Of a stretch of DNA of 34,525 nucleotides, positions 1 to 9,081 are shown piece by piece. The stretch's first letter is position 1, and the number at the start of each line of letters is the position of its first letter. The notes under the pieces are model-generated. The model was not told the origin of the DNA. It ran no database searches and was given only the letters and a program-made list of their open reading frames with translations. The translations under genes were made by a program, and so were the position numbers. The stretch comes from a virus (Duplodnaviria > Caudoviricetes): positions 1-34,525 of IMG/VR virus record IMGVR_UViG_3300048576_000516; one strand, written 5' to 3'.

Positions 1-1146
1 TGACCGGTGTTCATCTTTGAATAGATTTGCCGTGTAGCTGGCGATCAATTCGAGGGGTAATTGAGTCTCACGTTTTTTGTCTTCAAATAGCAGTTCGGCC
101 AACCAACTGGCACGTGCAATATCGGATTTAAATTTTCGGTTGCGAAACTCAGCTTCGGCATGGGCGCTAAACCAGTCATCGTTCCATTTAATGTAATAAA
201 TGCTCGTAGTAACAAAAAGGGCAAGACCAGCAGATACTGGCAGGAGGATGTGCCAGTCAGTCGGAGATGTGGTGAAAAACTTCCATCCAAAACCACCTAG
301 AATACAAAGAGAAACGCCAATGCAGAGGATGCAGATGCGGTGGATAGGCGTCCTCTTTCCAAGGGTCGCAGGCGATATGGCAATCTCCTTTTGTTCCTCA
401 ATGATTTTCTGGATTTTCTCGAATAGCTCGCGCCGAACAGCCGTGTTTTCCCGGGTGTCCATTATTTTCTGTTTCTCGCGCAATTCATTTTCACGATTGT
501 CGAGTTCAGTTTTTTGGAGCTGATACTGGTTCTCAAGCTCTTGAGTTTTTGCCCGGAAGGCCGTTTCTAAGACTGTGGTCTGCTCCATGAGCTTTTCCGA
601 GAGTCTTGTCGTATTATCGGCTGACAACTGAGCCAGTTTTGCAGTTTGAATGGCAAAGTCACTAAGGGTCTTCTCAAAATAATCAAAAATCTGGCTTTCG
701 CGCTCAGGGAGTGCTGACTTTAACGTGTCGGCATGGGTAATCAGGTTGAAGTGCTTGTTGGCCGCAGCAAGAATAACGAGCATTTGCTCTGAGCTTGAAG
801 CTTGAGTGCTACATTCAATTCGCCACGGTTTCCCGCTGTCTCGGCGATATGTTAGCCCAAATCCATTATTTCCATTTGCCGTGATTGATAATGGGTCCAA
901 ATATGGACGGTCCCGTAAAAGATCAATTGCCGTTTTGATGCGCACATCATTAAAAATATTATCGCTCTTGATCGGTTGCTGTTGATTCGGCATGCCAGAA
1001 TTTGCCTGGACGAACACATTGCTTCCATTCGTGCCTTGAAAAGAAAAATTGATCAGCGACGCACCGTTTAACACTTCCTGAAGGGTGAGCAGAAGCCGTT
1101 CAGCAATTTCGTGTGGCGGCATCGGGCGAATATACACGGGTTCCAT
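1..1146 (-). CDS. Hypothetical membrane protein (coiled coil + 2 TM), 3'-partial, probably outside the prophage
   Basis: Not in ORF track because it has no stop in the window. Hand translation from ATG 1146 is open for 382 codons to base 1: MEPVYIRPMPP..., coiled coil (KTQELENQYQLQKTELDNRENELREKQK), two hydrophobic helices (ICILCIGVSLCILGGFGW; ILLPVSAGLALFVTTSIYYI), then WNDDWFSAHAEAEFRNRKFKSDIARASW. Confidence 0.8.
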   Translation of the reverse strand, partial: MEPVYIRPMPPHEIAERLLLTLQEVLNGASLINFSFQGTNGSNVFVQANSGMPNQQQPIKSDNIFNDVRIKTAIDLLRDRPYLDPLSITANGNNGFGLTYRRDSGKPWRIECSTQASSSEQMLVILAAANKHFNLITHADTLKSALPERESQIFDYFEKTLSDFAIQTAKLAQLSADNTTRLSEKLMEQTTVLETAFRAKTQELENQYQLQKTELDNRENELREKQKIMDTRENTAVRRELFEKIQKIIEEQKEIAISPATLGKRTPIHRICILCIGVSLCILGGFGWKFFTTSPTDWHILLPVSAGLALFVTTSIYYIKWNDDWFSAHAEAEFRNRKFKSDIARASWLAELLFEDKKRETQLPLELIASYTANLFKDEHRS

Positions 1147-1491
1147 AGTATGTGCTTTGAGTGCGTATTTGGTGTCAGTTTGAGTTACATTACAAGCAGA
1201 AATAATTCACCATTTCTTAAAACGGGTAACCTAGTCTTCTGGCACAATCTCGAGTTCTGCGGAGTGGCTAAAGCCACGCTGTTTTCTGGCACGCCAGCAC
1301 CGCTCCCGTGCCATATTCCGAGACGTTCGCCGCCGCCTCTCTCCATTTTACCATGCGGTCAAGGTCGTTCCAGCCCATCCCGGTCGAGGGCGTTCCACCA
1401 CGCTCGCCCAACCTTGACTTCGGATGGCACCTCATTCAGAGGGTAAGGAAGTGGCGTAGGAGCCACTTCCTCCCCGTTGTAGCGATGGGGT

Positions 1492-1688
1492 CAATTTGAT
1501 ATTCCCAAGACAGAATGACACAGGTCGAATTAGCGAGAAACAACGTGGAAGTGTGCGAAAATCAACGACTTACGCACGCGTGAAGCAATGGAAACCAGTT
1601 TGACACGGTCTGAAGACGAAAACTGGCGTTTCGCGGCGGTTTGACACACTTTTTTAGCTTTGCGCTGTGTTTTAGAATGGTTTGAGGC
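1492..1688 (+). repeat. Putative transposase-binding sites of the prophage left end
   Basis: Direct repeats CAGAATGACAC (1511-1521), CAGTTTGACAC (1596-1606), CGGTTTGACAC (1637-1647), with weaker CAATTTGATAT (1492-1502) and TGGTTTGAGGC (1678-1688), in non-coding DNA just beyond the last early gene. Confidence 0.7.
1560..1572 (+). promoter_or_regulatory. IHF-binding consensus site
   Basis: AATCAACGACTTA is an exact match to WATCAANNNNTTR and lies midway between the first two strong end repeats. Confidence 0.6.
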
Positions 1689-1715
1689 GTGTGTTAAACG
1701 TAATTTCACGACGGC

Positions 1716-2414
1716 TTAAAACGGATTTTCGTCAGTCTCAACGGATAACACAGCCTCGGCCTCTCCAGCCAGTTCGGATTCTTCCACGTCAATATTGGCA
1801 TCGCTGGCGGCGCTGATCGCGCATTCATGGCAACCGCGCTTGCAGGGTGTGTGGGCGCGCTGGTTCATTGCGTGGACGCTGTCCCCGGCGGCCTGACGCA
1901 TGGCGTCGATCCGCGCGGAAAAAGTCATGATCAACATCAACAGCGGTGACGGTTTTGGCTTTCCATCCGTTCCAATGCGCGACTGCACGCTAAGATCGTC
2001 CGGAGTGGAGATTCCTTTAAATAGCTTGAACCGTTCCTTTAGGATCGCTTCAACATAGCGCTCGGGATTATCTGGCACATAGAGGGCAAGCTGTGGAAAC
2101 AAGCGCCGCCGCATGACCCACAGCAATCGTCTCTTCTTATCCAGATCGGTGTTCCCATCTTCGATCGCTCCCTGCAATCGTCCGGCCAAAAATTCGAACC
2201 GCGCTTTGATCGCTCCAAATTCGGACGTATGGTTTATTTCCTTTGCCGACTTCGCCCCCCCGAACACCTGCACATGCACTTCCCGGCGCTTAGCTTCGCG
2301 CTCAGAGGTCGGAAGCTTGTTCCATCCCTGCTCTTTACACGCGGCGGCCCAGAGCTGGAAGTAGCTCGCATGCTGGGCTTCGGTCATTTTCCAACCCGGT
2401 TTGAGTGGGTGCAT
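1716..2414 (-). CDS. GemA (Mu gp16/DUF1018)-like protein
   Basis: RREVHVQVFGGAKSAKEINHTSEFGAIKARF resembles the GemA R..GK.S.K.L motif; lies downstream of gam in the early operon. Confidence 0.5.
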   Translation of the reverse strand: MHPLKPGWKMTEAQHASYFQLWAAACKEQGWNKLPTSEREAKRREVHVQVFGGAKSAKEINHTSEFGAIKARFEFLAGRLQGAIEDGNTDLDKKRRLLWVMRRRLFPQLALYVPDNPERYVEAILKERFKLFKGISTPDDLSVQSRIGTDGKPKPSPLLMLIMTFSARIDAMRQAAGDSVHAMNQRAHTPCKRGCHECAISAASDANIDVEESELAGEAEAVLSVETDENPF

Positions 2415-2418
2415 AGTT

Positions 2419-3021
2419 TTATCGACTGACTGATTTTTGGCTGTCTGCGATGAAAGACTTAAGCCTATGATTTTTATCAGTTATTTTTGGTGATTCTGGG
2501 GTTTCGGCGGCTGCAACAGCCGCACGCATTGCAGCAATATATGCAGCGACATCGGGCGACGCTTTCCGCGCCGGTGCTGGCGCGGGTTCAGGCTCTTGTG
2601 GGAGAGCGGCGGCTGCGGCGATGTCATCAGCCTTGGCTTGGGCATTCGCGGATGCAATGTCTGCGGCAATCTTCGCATGCGTGTCCTGGATTAATTTGCC
2701 GACAGCAATTCCTAGCCCAAATGCAAGCGAGTCCACAAACACCGGATTTTTTCCGGGTAGACTCGAACCAAATGGCAACGTTTTATCCGCCACTACTGCG
2801 TTTTCGAAATGCTTCGTTGCAAGCCGAATCCCATTTTTTATTGCCTCCAGCGCCGAGTCAACATCCACATCAATGCGCTCCTTTTGGAGTGTCCCGACAA
2901 TCCGATTCACCGCGCCAATAATCACTTGCCGTTCCATATCACGCCGCAGTTTTCCAGAGACCCCTTGGTATCGCTCCAGTCCAGCGACCCGGCTCAATAT
3001 GTCATTAATTTTTGTGCTCAT
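2419..3021 (-). CDS. Hypothetical phage protein
   Basis: 200 aa; ATGA overlap with gam; Ala/Pro linker. Confidence 0.8.
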   Translation of the reverse strand: MSTKINDILSRVAGLERYQGVSGKLRRDMERQVIIGAVNRIVGTLQKERIDVDVDSALEAIKNGIRLATKHFENAVVADKTLPFGSSLPGKNPVFVDSLAFGLGIAVGKLIQDTHAKIAADIASANAQAKADDIAAAAALPQEPEPAPAPARKASPDVAAYIAAMRAAVAAAETPESPKITDKNHRLKSFIADSQKSVSR

Positions 3022-3569
3022 TCCGCACCCTTCCCCTTTTTGCTCGAAGACTTCGCCGGTTTGTCTGCCTTGACCGTGACAGGGACGATCTTGAGGGATT
3101 TGGTGGTGCGCCGCGTGATACCAAAGAGCGACAATGTTGCGTCGTCAAGGCGCTCCAGCGCTTCCAGATTCGGCGCTTCCTGCGTTCGAATCAACTGCTC
3201 GATATTGAACCCGCGCGGCGTTTTGCTGACGGCATCCTCCAGGCAGCGCACGCGAATCAGGAGCAATAGCTTTTCCTCGTCAGTAAAGTCCAGACCGGTT
3301 GACGTTGTCAACTTGACCGTTCCGAATGGCGTTGCATGAGAACATTTGCCATCAGGGAAAAGCTCCGCGCTAAATTTCACGCACATCTCCTTGAGCTTTT
3401 CTTCGTCTGATGCTAGCTCGGTTTTAGCTCTCGCAAACTCCGGTTGCAGGCTGTCGGCGGCATTGACATGGGCGAGTTCTATTGCGGCCTCAGAGGTCTT
3501 TAGGGCCGCTGACTTTGCTGAAAACGTGCTCAAAAGGTTGCAGAAGTTTGTGTATTGTTCAGTCGTCAT
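3018..3569 (-). CDS. gam: Mu Gam-like host-nuclease inhibitor
   Basis: 183 aa; N-terminal coiled coil, TPFGTVKL, and IRTQEAPNLEAL...LSLFGI C-terminal pattern typical of Gam. Confidence 0.75.
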   Translation of the reverse strand: MTTEQYTNFCNLLSTFSAKSAALKTSEAAIELAHVNAADSLQPEFARAKTELASDEEKLKEMCVKFSAELFPDGKCSHATPFGTVKLTTSTGLDFTDEEKLLLLIRVRCLEDAVSKTPRGFNIEQLIRTQEAPNLEALERLDDATLSLFGITRRTTKSLKIVPVTVKADKPAKSSSKKGKGAE

Positions 3570-3570
3570 A

Positions 3571-3777
3571 TTATTTCAGTTTTAACGGTTCTTGCAGTGG
3601 AAGCTCGAACTGGATTTTTGACCGTTCGAGCAGAGTGGAAAAAGCGAGCTTGTGAGGATGGCGCGCTCGGTAGGGTGTGATGATCAGGCCGTCTTTGGTC
3701 AGCTCAAATCGGAACTTTGTCGCTCCGATTTGCGCTCTCACTCGGCCAAAGACGCGACGGGGACGGGGTGCTCTCAT
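3571..3777 (-). CDS. Small basic hypothetical protein
   Basis: Start re-called at ATG 3777 (ATGA overlap with upstream stop); MRAPRPRRVFGRV..., 68 aa. Confidence 0.65.
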   Translation of the reverse strand: MRAPRPRRVFGRVRAQIGATKFRFELTKDGLIITPYRARHPHKLAFSTLLERSKIQFELPLQEPLKLK

Positions 3778-4046
3778 TTTGGTTTTGTCGGGTTGGTGTA
3801 AGGACAATTTTCGCATTGCACCGACGTGCAGGTCATGCAATCCAGCTCAATGCGTGTTACGCCGGACGTAGAATCACACCCGTGAATGAATCTCAAGAGG
3901 GTGATCCAGGCGAGTGTGAGAGCGATCCCGCTGGCCACGATGCCGAATATAATGAGACCGCCCGTGATCATTCCGTCCACGTAATCGTGCGTCAGATAAT
4001 GCGCAGTGCCCACGGCGGAATCGAGATAGTTGAGGTGCGTGATCAT
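3774..4046 (-). CDS. Small membrane protein with Cys-rich C-terminus
   Basis: One TM (GMITGGLIIFGIVASGIALTLAWITLL) followed by CMTC..CENC; coupled to both neighbours. Confidence 0.7.
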   Translation of the reverse strand: MITHLNYLDSAVGTAHYLTHDYVDGMITGGLIIFGIVASGIALTLAWITLLRFIHGCDSTSGVTRIELDCMTCTSVQCENCPYTNPTKPK

Positions 4047-4297
4047 AATTCGCTTGCGGGGATTATCTTTATGTCACAATGGGAAAACTGATCCATGTGC
4101 TCGTGGATCGCCCAGGCGGCATCGTCTAAGCTGTCAAATTGAGTTGCTTCGTCAGTTGCCCCAATGGTCACAGGGTTGGAGCCATCAAAAATGAAACCCC
4201 ATCCAGCCACAGGGTCGACGATGGCAAATTTTTGGCTTAACACAACTTTAGGCTCATCCAAACAACCGTAGGATGAACTATCAGTGTCCATGATCAT
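4043..4297 (-). CDS. Hypothetical acidic protein
   Basis: Start re-called at ATG 4297 (ATGA overlap, GGAGG upstream); 84 aa. Confidence 0.65.
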   Translation of the reverse strand: MIMDTDSSSYGCLDEPKVVLSQKFAIVDPVAGWGFIFDGSNPVTIGATDEATQFDSLDDAAWAIHEHMDQFSHCDIKIIPASEL

Positions 4298-4587
4298 GCG
4301 ACCTCCTTCTTTATTATCATCGGACACAGAGGACGGCGCATCGTTGTAGCTCCGGGACGATAGTGGTGGTAGTAGTTCTCTTGTTCGACTTCGACACAAT
4401 TTTTTTTGGCGTCCTCAGCCTGACCGATGAAGCCGTCAATCCCGAATGAGCAGTTTGGTTCGTCCCCAAACCACTTGCGAAACATGACAATTGCAACTGC
4501 GTGAATTTTTGTATTCGATTGCACCGTATAACCCGGCCAGTTCATGAAGCCGCCCGGACGGCTGAATAAGACACGGTAAGTTCTCAT
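4294..4587 (-). CDS. Hypothetical protein
   Basis: 97 aa; ATGA overlaps on both sides. Confidence 0.7.
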   Translation of the reverse strand: MRTYRVLFSRPGGFMNWPGYTVQSNTKIHAVAIVMFRKWFGDEPNCSFGIDGFIGQAEDAKKNCVEVEQENYYHHYRPGATTMRRPLCPMIIKKEVA

Positions 4588-5183
4588 GCCTCTTCCTCCT
4601 TGATTTGTTGAATGTCACTAACGAGTTTCAGCGGCATGACAGCCCCAGCGCCGCCGTTGAATCGGAAATAGACAGGCGTCAAGTCCTCTACTGGCGCTCC
4701 TATGTCTCCGTCGATCACGGGGCCGACGAATTGCACGTCGGGCAATAGCCTGATCAGTGACAGCGCCTTGGCGCTGATCCACCTGCCTTTGATTTCGTAC
4801 CGAAGACTCCCATCGTCGGCTGGAATTTGCTCGTCCGGATCGCCTGTAATCAAATAGTAGCTGGTTGTTGGTAGCTCGTGGATCTCAAGTAATGTGCGAG
4901 CCAAAGAAGGGTCCAGCCTGGCTCCAGCCTCTGGGTCACACGAGCCTAATTGTGTATGAGGGACATAGATGATTATCCACCGATTACAAGCAATCGTGTC
5001 GTAGTGATATTGCTGGTATTTATCATAGCCGATTTCACTTCTGATTTTATTTTCGTTTTCCTCTGTTCCGTCGCCGTGATAGGAAAATCTTGAGAACGGT
5101 TGCGTGAAATCGAACGGTTTATCTTTAGGTTTTTCCGACTCGCAAAATTGTTGGAGCAGCTCAAATGTGATTGGTGTGTTCAT
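4584..5183 (-). CDS. Hypothetical protein, possible sliding-clamp (DnaN)-like fragment
   Basis: GGAGG upstream of ATG; C-terminal PVYFRFNGGAGAVMPL resembles the beta-clamp terminal strand pattern. Confidence 0.6.
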   Translation of the reverse strand: MNTPITFELLQQFCESEKPKDKPFDFTQPFSRFSYHGDGTEENENKIRSEIGYDKYQQYHYDTIACNRWIIIYVPHTQLGSCDPEAGARLDPSLARTLLEIHELPTTSYYLITGDPDEQIPADDGSLRYEIKGRWISAKALSLIRLLPDVQFVGPVIDGDIGAPVEDLTPVYFRFNGGAGAVMPLKLVSDIQQIKEEEA

Positions 5184-5198
5184 TTTTCCTCCTTGCTA

Positions 5199-6230
5199 TT
5201 ACTTCACCTGCTCGCCCATGTTTGCGCGCGCGACGGAGAGCGCGGCGTCGATGTCGCCTTTTGTGATGGCCACTCCTCGCGGCACGGCGTCGAGCACGCG
5301 CCGGATGAGCCGGTAGCCGCCGAATTGCGTGGCAGCTCGGGCAAGCGTGACGGCGCTGGCCTCGGTGTCCCCGTTAAGCCTGTGCTGGCTCAGGAACGCG
5401 GTCGCCTCGGCGACGGTAATCATGTCATTGTCAATGACCGTGTGAGTTCGGGATTTAATCTGCGCGGCCTCATGGGGAAAGCGCTTGTTCCACTTGAGGT
5501 AGGAGCCTTTAATGGCCAGCGCGACCACAACAAGACGCGAGCGATTGAGCCAGAGCTTGATCGAGTTGAGCACACCTTTGCCAAGCGCCTCCGCTTCGTC
5601 GATGACGAGGATGTATTGTTGCTCTTGGAACTTCTGGAGCAGCGCCTTTTCCATCCGCACTGGTTGATACATGTCAGAGATGTCGATCTCAGCCGCCTCG
5701 CAAATGTCTTGCAGGGCAACGTATTTGCTCGGCCTCATCCACTCATCGCGTGCCTCAGTGGCGATGACGTGCTCGAACCGCCTCATCAGTTCGGCGCTTA
5801 ACGCGGATTTTCCGCACCCCGTCTCTCCGAGAAATACAACAAAACGGATCGGGTCTCCTAATGGCTTGTTAAGACAGGTTTCAATGGCCTTGAATACGGC
5901 GTCAAATTTGGGGAATGCGATGAAATCCTTTGAGCCAAACCGGCTGTTCAAAAGTGACTTCATCTGCAACTTATTCAGCGCTATCTTGAGGTCGATGAAG
6001 AATCCATCAATGTCGGTAATCATCGACACATAATTACCGCTCTTGACGAGGTTCCATTTGGACCCGCTCATTCCGATGGACTCGCCAAAATCCTTGTCCG
6101 TCTTAGGTTGCCCTCGCGAATTCCGCGATTCGCTTTGAAGTTTCACAAGGCGATCAATGATCGACTGTTGCTCTGGGGTGATTGTTTTTTGCGCCGGTTT
6201 TTCGGTCGCTGCTGTGTCTGAGGTGCTCAT
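5199..6230 (-). CDS. MuB-like AAA+ transposition ATPase
   Basis: Start re-called at ATG 6230 (MSTSDTAATE). N-terminal HTH-like segment, Walker A GETGCGKS, Walker B ILVIDEAE; directly downstream of the transposase. Confidence 0.9.
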   Translation of the reverse strand: MSTSDTAATEKPAQKTITPEQQSIIDRLVKLQSESRNSRGQPKTDKDFGESIGMSGSKWNLVKSGNYVSMITDIDGFFIDLKIALNKLQMKSLLNSRFGSKDFIAFPKFDAVFKAIETCLNKPLGDPIRFVVFLGETGCGKSALSAELMRRFEHVIATEARDEWMRPSKYVALQDICEAAEIDISDMYQPVRMEKALLQKFQEQQYILVIDEAEALGKGVLNSIKLWLNRSRLVVVALAIKGSYLKWNKRFPHEAAQIKSRTHTVIDNDMITVAEATAFLSQHRLNGDTEASAVTLARAATQFGGYRLIRRVLDAVPRGVAITKGDIDAALSVARANMGEQVK

Positions 6231-6246
6231 TTTGTATTGTTGTTGA

Positions 6247-8334
6247 CTAAACCCACTTCGGTGTTTCGGGTGTGGGTAAATTCTGCTTAAGTTGCTCTTT
6301 GACTGTGTCCACGCGGTCGATGGCTCTCTGCTGTTCGCGCTCGGTTGCTGCCGCGTGCTGGATCGCCGCCGCCGCGCTGGGGACGTTCTGTGCGCCCTCT
6401 GTGCCGCCCAGGTCGATGGCCTCCGCATCGCTCATGATCTCGATGTTGGTGGCCAAGTCTTCCAGTCGCGCCGTAATCCGCTCGGGTTGCCGCTTCGAAA
6501 CGCGCGTTTGTAATTCTTTCAGCTCATGTTGACGGCGTTCGATCTCCGCTTTCGCAGCCACAGGATCAATCGGGCTGATTCCTAGCGTGCGGGGGATGCT
6601 CCCGATGTATGCGCCTTTGCCGTCTGTCAGGTGGACTATATCCATGGACTCTGGATCATAATAGGCCAGCATCTTGTCACCTTCCTTGGGTGCGCGAACC
6701 GCATCGCGAATTCGAGCAAGCCGATAATGAAACGCTTCGTTCTTGCCGCGCCGAATCACAATCTCCCCGTCGTAAACAGTGACCTCTTTTTGGTCATTGT
6801 CGTAGAACGCAGGCAACACGCTCGGGTGAATGCGCTGGAACACGCCCGGCCCGCCATTGGCCATGATCAGCCTCTGCCAGCGTTCCATCGGTTGCTCCAG
6901 GCGTTTCCGCCATTGCATCCGCGCTTTCTCGGCTTCTGTCAAGTCAAGGAATAACGCCTCAGGCCGCCACGGTTCCAGCTCGCCGCCACGCCATTCAGCG
7001 ACAAACTCGAACCCTTCCAGCGCATGATCTTCGCGACGATCCATGCGATTGAACGCGTCAGTGATCGCCACACGCGCCTCGTCGCAGGAGGCGAAGGGCA
7101 GGCGCAGGGCGGCGCGTTGTTGTGGGGAAAGGCCGCGTGTTGTCAATAGGGACTTGGCCTCCGCTGTGCGTCCCGCCAGATCAGCGGGACCCTCATCATA
7201 GCGCCGTCCCATTTGTCCCGGGATCATCCCCAGCTCGGAATGCATCAACCGGAACGTCACCTCTACCCAACCCTTCGCTTGCGGATTGCCCTTGGCCCCG
7301 TCGCAAAATCCGCCCCAGACCGCCTGCCCGTCGATCATCATTGTCTTATGGACAAGCACTTGTTGATTGCACAATTCCGCCAGCGCCATGGATGCGGCAT
7401 CGCGCAGCGTGGCTGTCGCATTTTCGATCACAAAATGCATGATCCAGTTTTTGGGGTATCCGTATTGCGAGAGCAGCCCGGCTACCAGCCGCTTCATGTC
7501 GCGCAGCTTCAATCCTTCGCGTGTCTTATCATCGCGCCAGATCGCCGGGCGCAATCCGTAACGCAATATCTTGCCGCTCGCCACGTCGATGGCCACAAGC
7601 AAGTGCAGTTCCACAGGCATCGGGCATCCTGCCACGATGATGCGAAAGTCCGTCCGCACGTCGTCGAACGCGACAAGCTCCAGAGGCCTCAAGCCCACCC
7701 GTGTGCGCAGGATGTCCGGCAAATGTTGTCGCGCAATCGCAATCCCGCGCCGGGACAAGGCCAGCTCCGCGTCGGTCGGCAACATCCGGTAGAGATTTGA
7801 CTCACTCCAGCCTTCAGGCAGATCAGGCGGGCATGTCAACGGCAATGGCATGTAGGGATTGTTTTGTTGGAAATATTCCTGCCATGTGCCATAGCCAGGG
7901 ATGGACACGCCCGAGCGCCAGTCTCGCTTGAGTTGCCGATAAGCGGGAAGCGAGGCCTTCTGATTATACCCGCAACGCCCGCGCCAAAAATCCAAAAACT
8001 CAGGCGGCAAGTTTGTCTTATCCACTTTCGTCTGAGCCTTCGCCTTCGAATTATTCTTGAGCACGCGCCAATCGCCGGTCCTCAGGTAAGCGTAATAAAG
8101 TGAACGCAATCGGTCGAAAGAGAACCCGCGATACGCGCTCAGTTGCATCGCCTGGGCGCGACACCCTGTCGATACGTTAATCGCCTCGCTGATGCGCTGG
8201 AACGCCGCAAGGTATCGACGTATATCATTCCGCACGGTCTCGGGCAGACGACGGAATTCAGCCAAGTCTTCCTCGCGCGTCGGGATGCCAAACGTGATGG
8301 GCGCGGATTGGGGTTGTGTCGCGATGGCGTTCAT
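6247..8334 (-). CDS. MuA-like transposase
   Basis: 695 aa; RNase H-fold core LVAFDD...AIDVASG...FVIENAT...GNPQAKGWVE; C-terminal YYDPESMDIVHL Mu-transposase C domain pattern; paired with MuB. Confidence 0.9.
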   Translation of the reverse strand: MNAIATQPQSAPITFGIPTREEDLAEFRRLPETVRNDIRRYLAAFQRISEAINVSTGCRAQAMQLSAYRGFSFDRLRSLYYAYLRTGDWRVLKNNSKAKAQTKVDKTNLPPEFLDFWRGRCGYNQKASLPAYRQLKRDWRSGVSIPGYGTWQEYFQQNNPYMPLPLTCPPDLPEGWSESNLYRMLPTDAELALSRRGIAIARQHLPDILRTRVGLRPLELVAFDDVRTDFRIIVAGCPMPVELHLLVAIDVASGKILRYGLRPAIWRDDKTREGLKLRDMKRLVAGLLSQYGYPKNWIMHFVIENATATLRDAASMALAELCNQQVLVHKTMMIDGQAVWGGFCDGAKGNPQAKGWVEVTFRLMHSELGMIPGQMGRRYDEGPADLAGRTAEAKSLLTTRGLSPQQRAALRLPFASCDEARVAITDAFNRMDRREDHALEGFEFVAEWRGGELEPWRPEALFLDLTEAEKARMQWRKRLEQPMERWQRLIMANGGPGVFQRIHPSVLPAFYDNDQKEVTVYDGEIVIRRGKNEAFHYRLARIRDAVRAPKEGDKMLAYYDPESMDIVHLTDGKGAYIGSIPRTLGISPIDPVAAKAEIERRQHELKELQTRVSKRQPERITARLEDLATNIEIMSDAEAIDLGGTEGAQNVPSAAAAIQHAAATEREQQRAIDRVDTVKEQLKQNLPTPETPKWV

Positions 8335-8340
8335 TTCAGT

Positions 8341-9081
8341 TTACGCTTCCAGCTTCAGCGATTCGCGGAGCTTGTTGTTGATCTCGACTAGCGCGTCGAG
8401 AACCTCTTTGCGCCCCGGATTATCGAGCAGGTCGATGGCATGGGACATCACCTTGATTGTGGCGGTTGTCACCTGCTTGGCTTCTGGAATTCCAAGGCGA
8501 TCTAACATTTCCACGCGCGACTCCATATCCTGCACCGTCATGAGCCAGCTTTCCTTCGCTTGTGCTAAATCAGCGGCGAGCTTTTCCTCGGCGGTCATTT
8601 CGCGAGGCGCGTGGTAAGTCGGCTCTTGCGGCTCCTTCAGGAGCTTCATGTCCCGCATGAATTCAACCTCACTTTTTCCCTCCATCACCTCGGGGAGAAT
8701 CTTCAAAAACTCTTTCTCGTCGGACGCGCTTAAGCTCTTCTTTAGCTTGAGATTTTGACTACTGAAAAACGACAATTTGTCGCATTTCTCAGATATGGCG
8801 CGTCCAAATTCCATTCGCCTTTGGGCATTTCTTGCTGGCAAGTTTGGGAATTCCGAGGAGAGCCATTTCAGAAAGCCCCCATCCGGGTCCGCGTTGCCAT
8901 GTGTGATTTCCTCGCGCGCTGCTAATAGCGCAATCCCAGACATCGCACGGTAATACCGTGACTGCACTTGTCCTCTTAGCTCACCGTTGAGGCACGTGGT
9001 GATGACTTTCTTGTGTTTCTGTAAACGGGATTCGGCGGCGGCGGATCGTTGGTGCAGCAATTCAAAATTTCCTTCAGTCAT
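8341..9081 (-). CDS. DUF3102-like protein
   Basis: GIALLAAREEITHG...GGFLKWLSSEF...RNAQRRM pattern; this family is usually found just upstream of A in B3-type transposable phages. Confidence 0.65.
   Translation of the reverse strand: MTEGNFELLHQRSAAAESRLQKHKKVITTCLNGELRGQVQSRYYRAMSGIALLAAREEITHGNADPDGGFLKWLSSEFPNLPARNAQRRMEFGRAISEKCDKLSFFSSQNLKLKKSLSASDEKEFLKILPEVMEGKSEVEFMRDMKLLKEPQEPTYHAPREMTAEEKLAADLAQAKESWLMTVQDMESRVEMLDRLGIPEAKQVTTATIKVMSHAIDLLDNPGRKEVLDALVEINNKLRESLKLEA

Noticed and set aside
45-1499. ORF-track calls 45-296, 200-523, 1111-1446 and 1308-1499
   Set aside because: Shadows of the long minus-strand frame 1-1146 or of structured intergenic DNA; no protein-like features.
6231-6428. 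N-terminal extension of MuB in the ORF track
   Set aside because: Overlaps the transposase 3' end; ATG 6230 after an A-rich leader is the plausible start.
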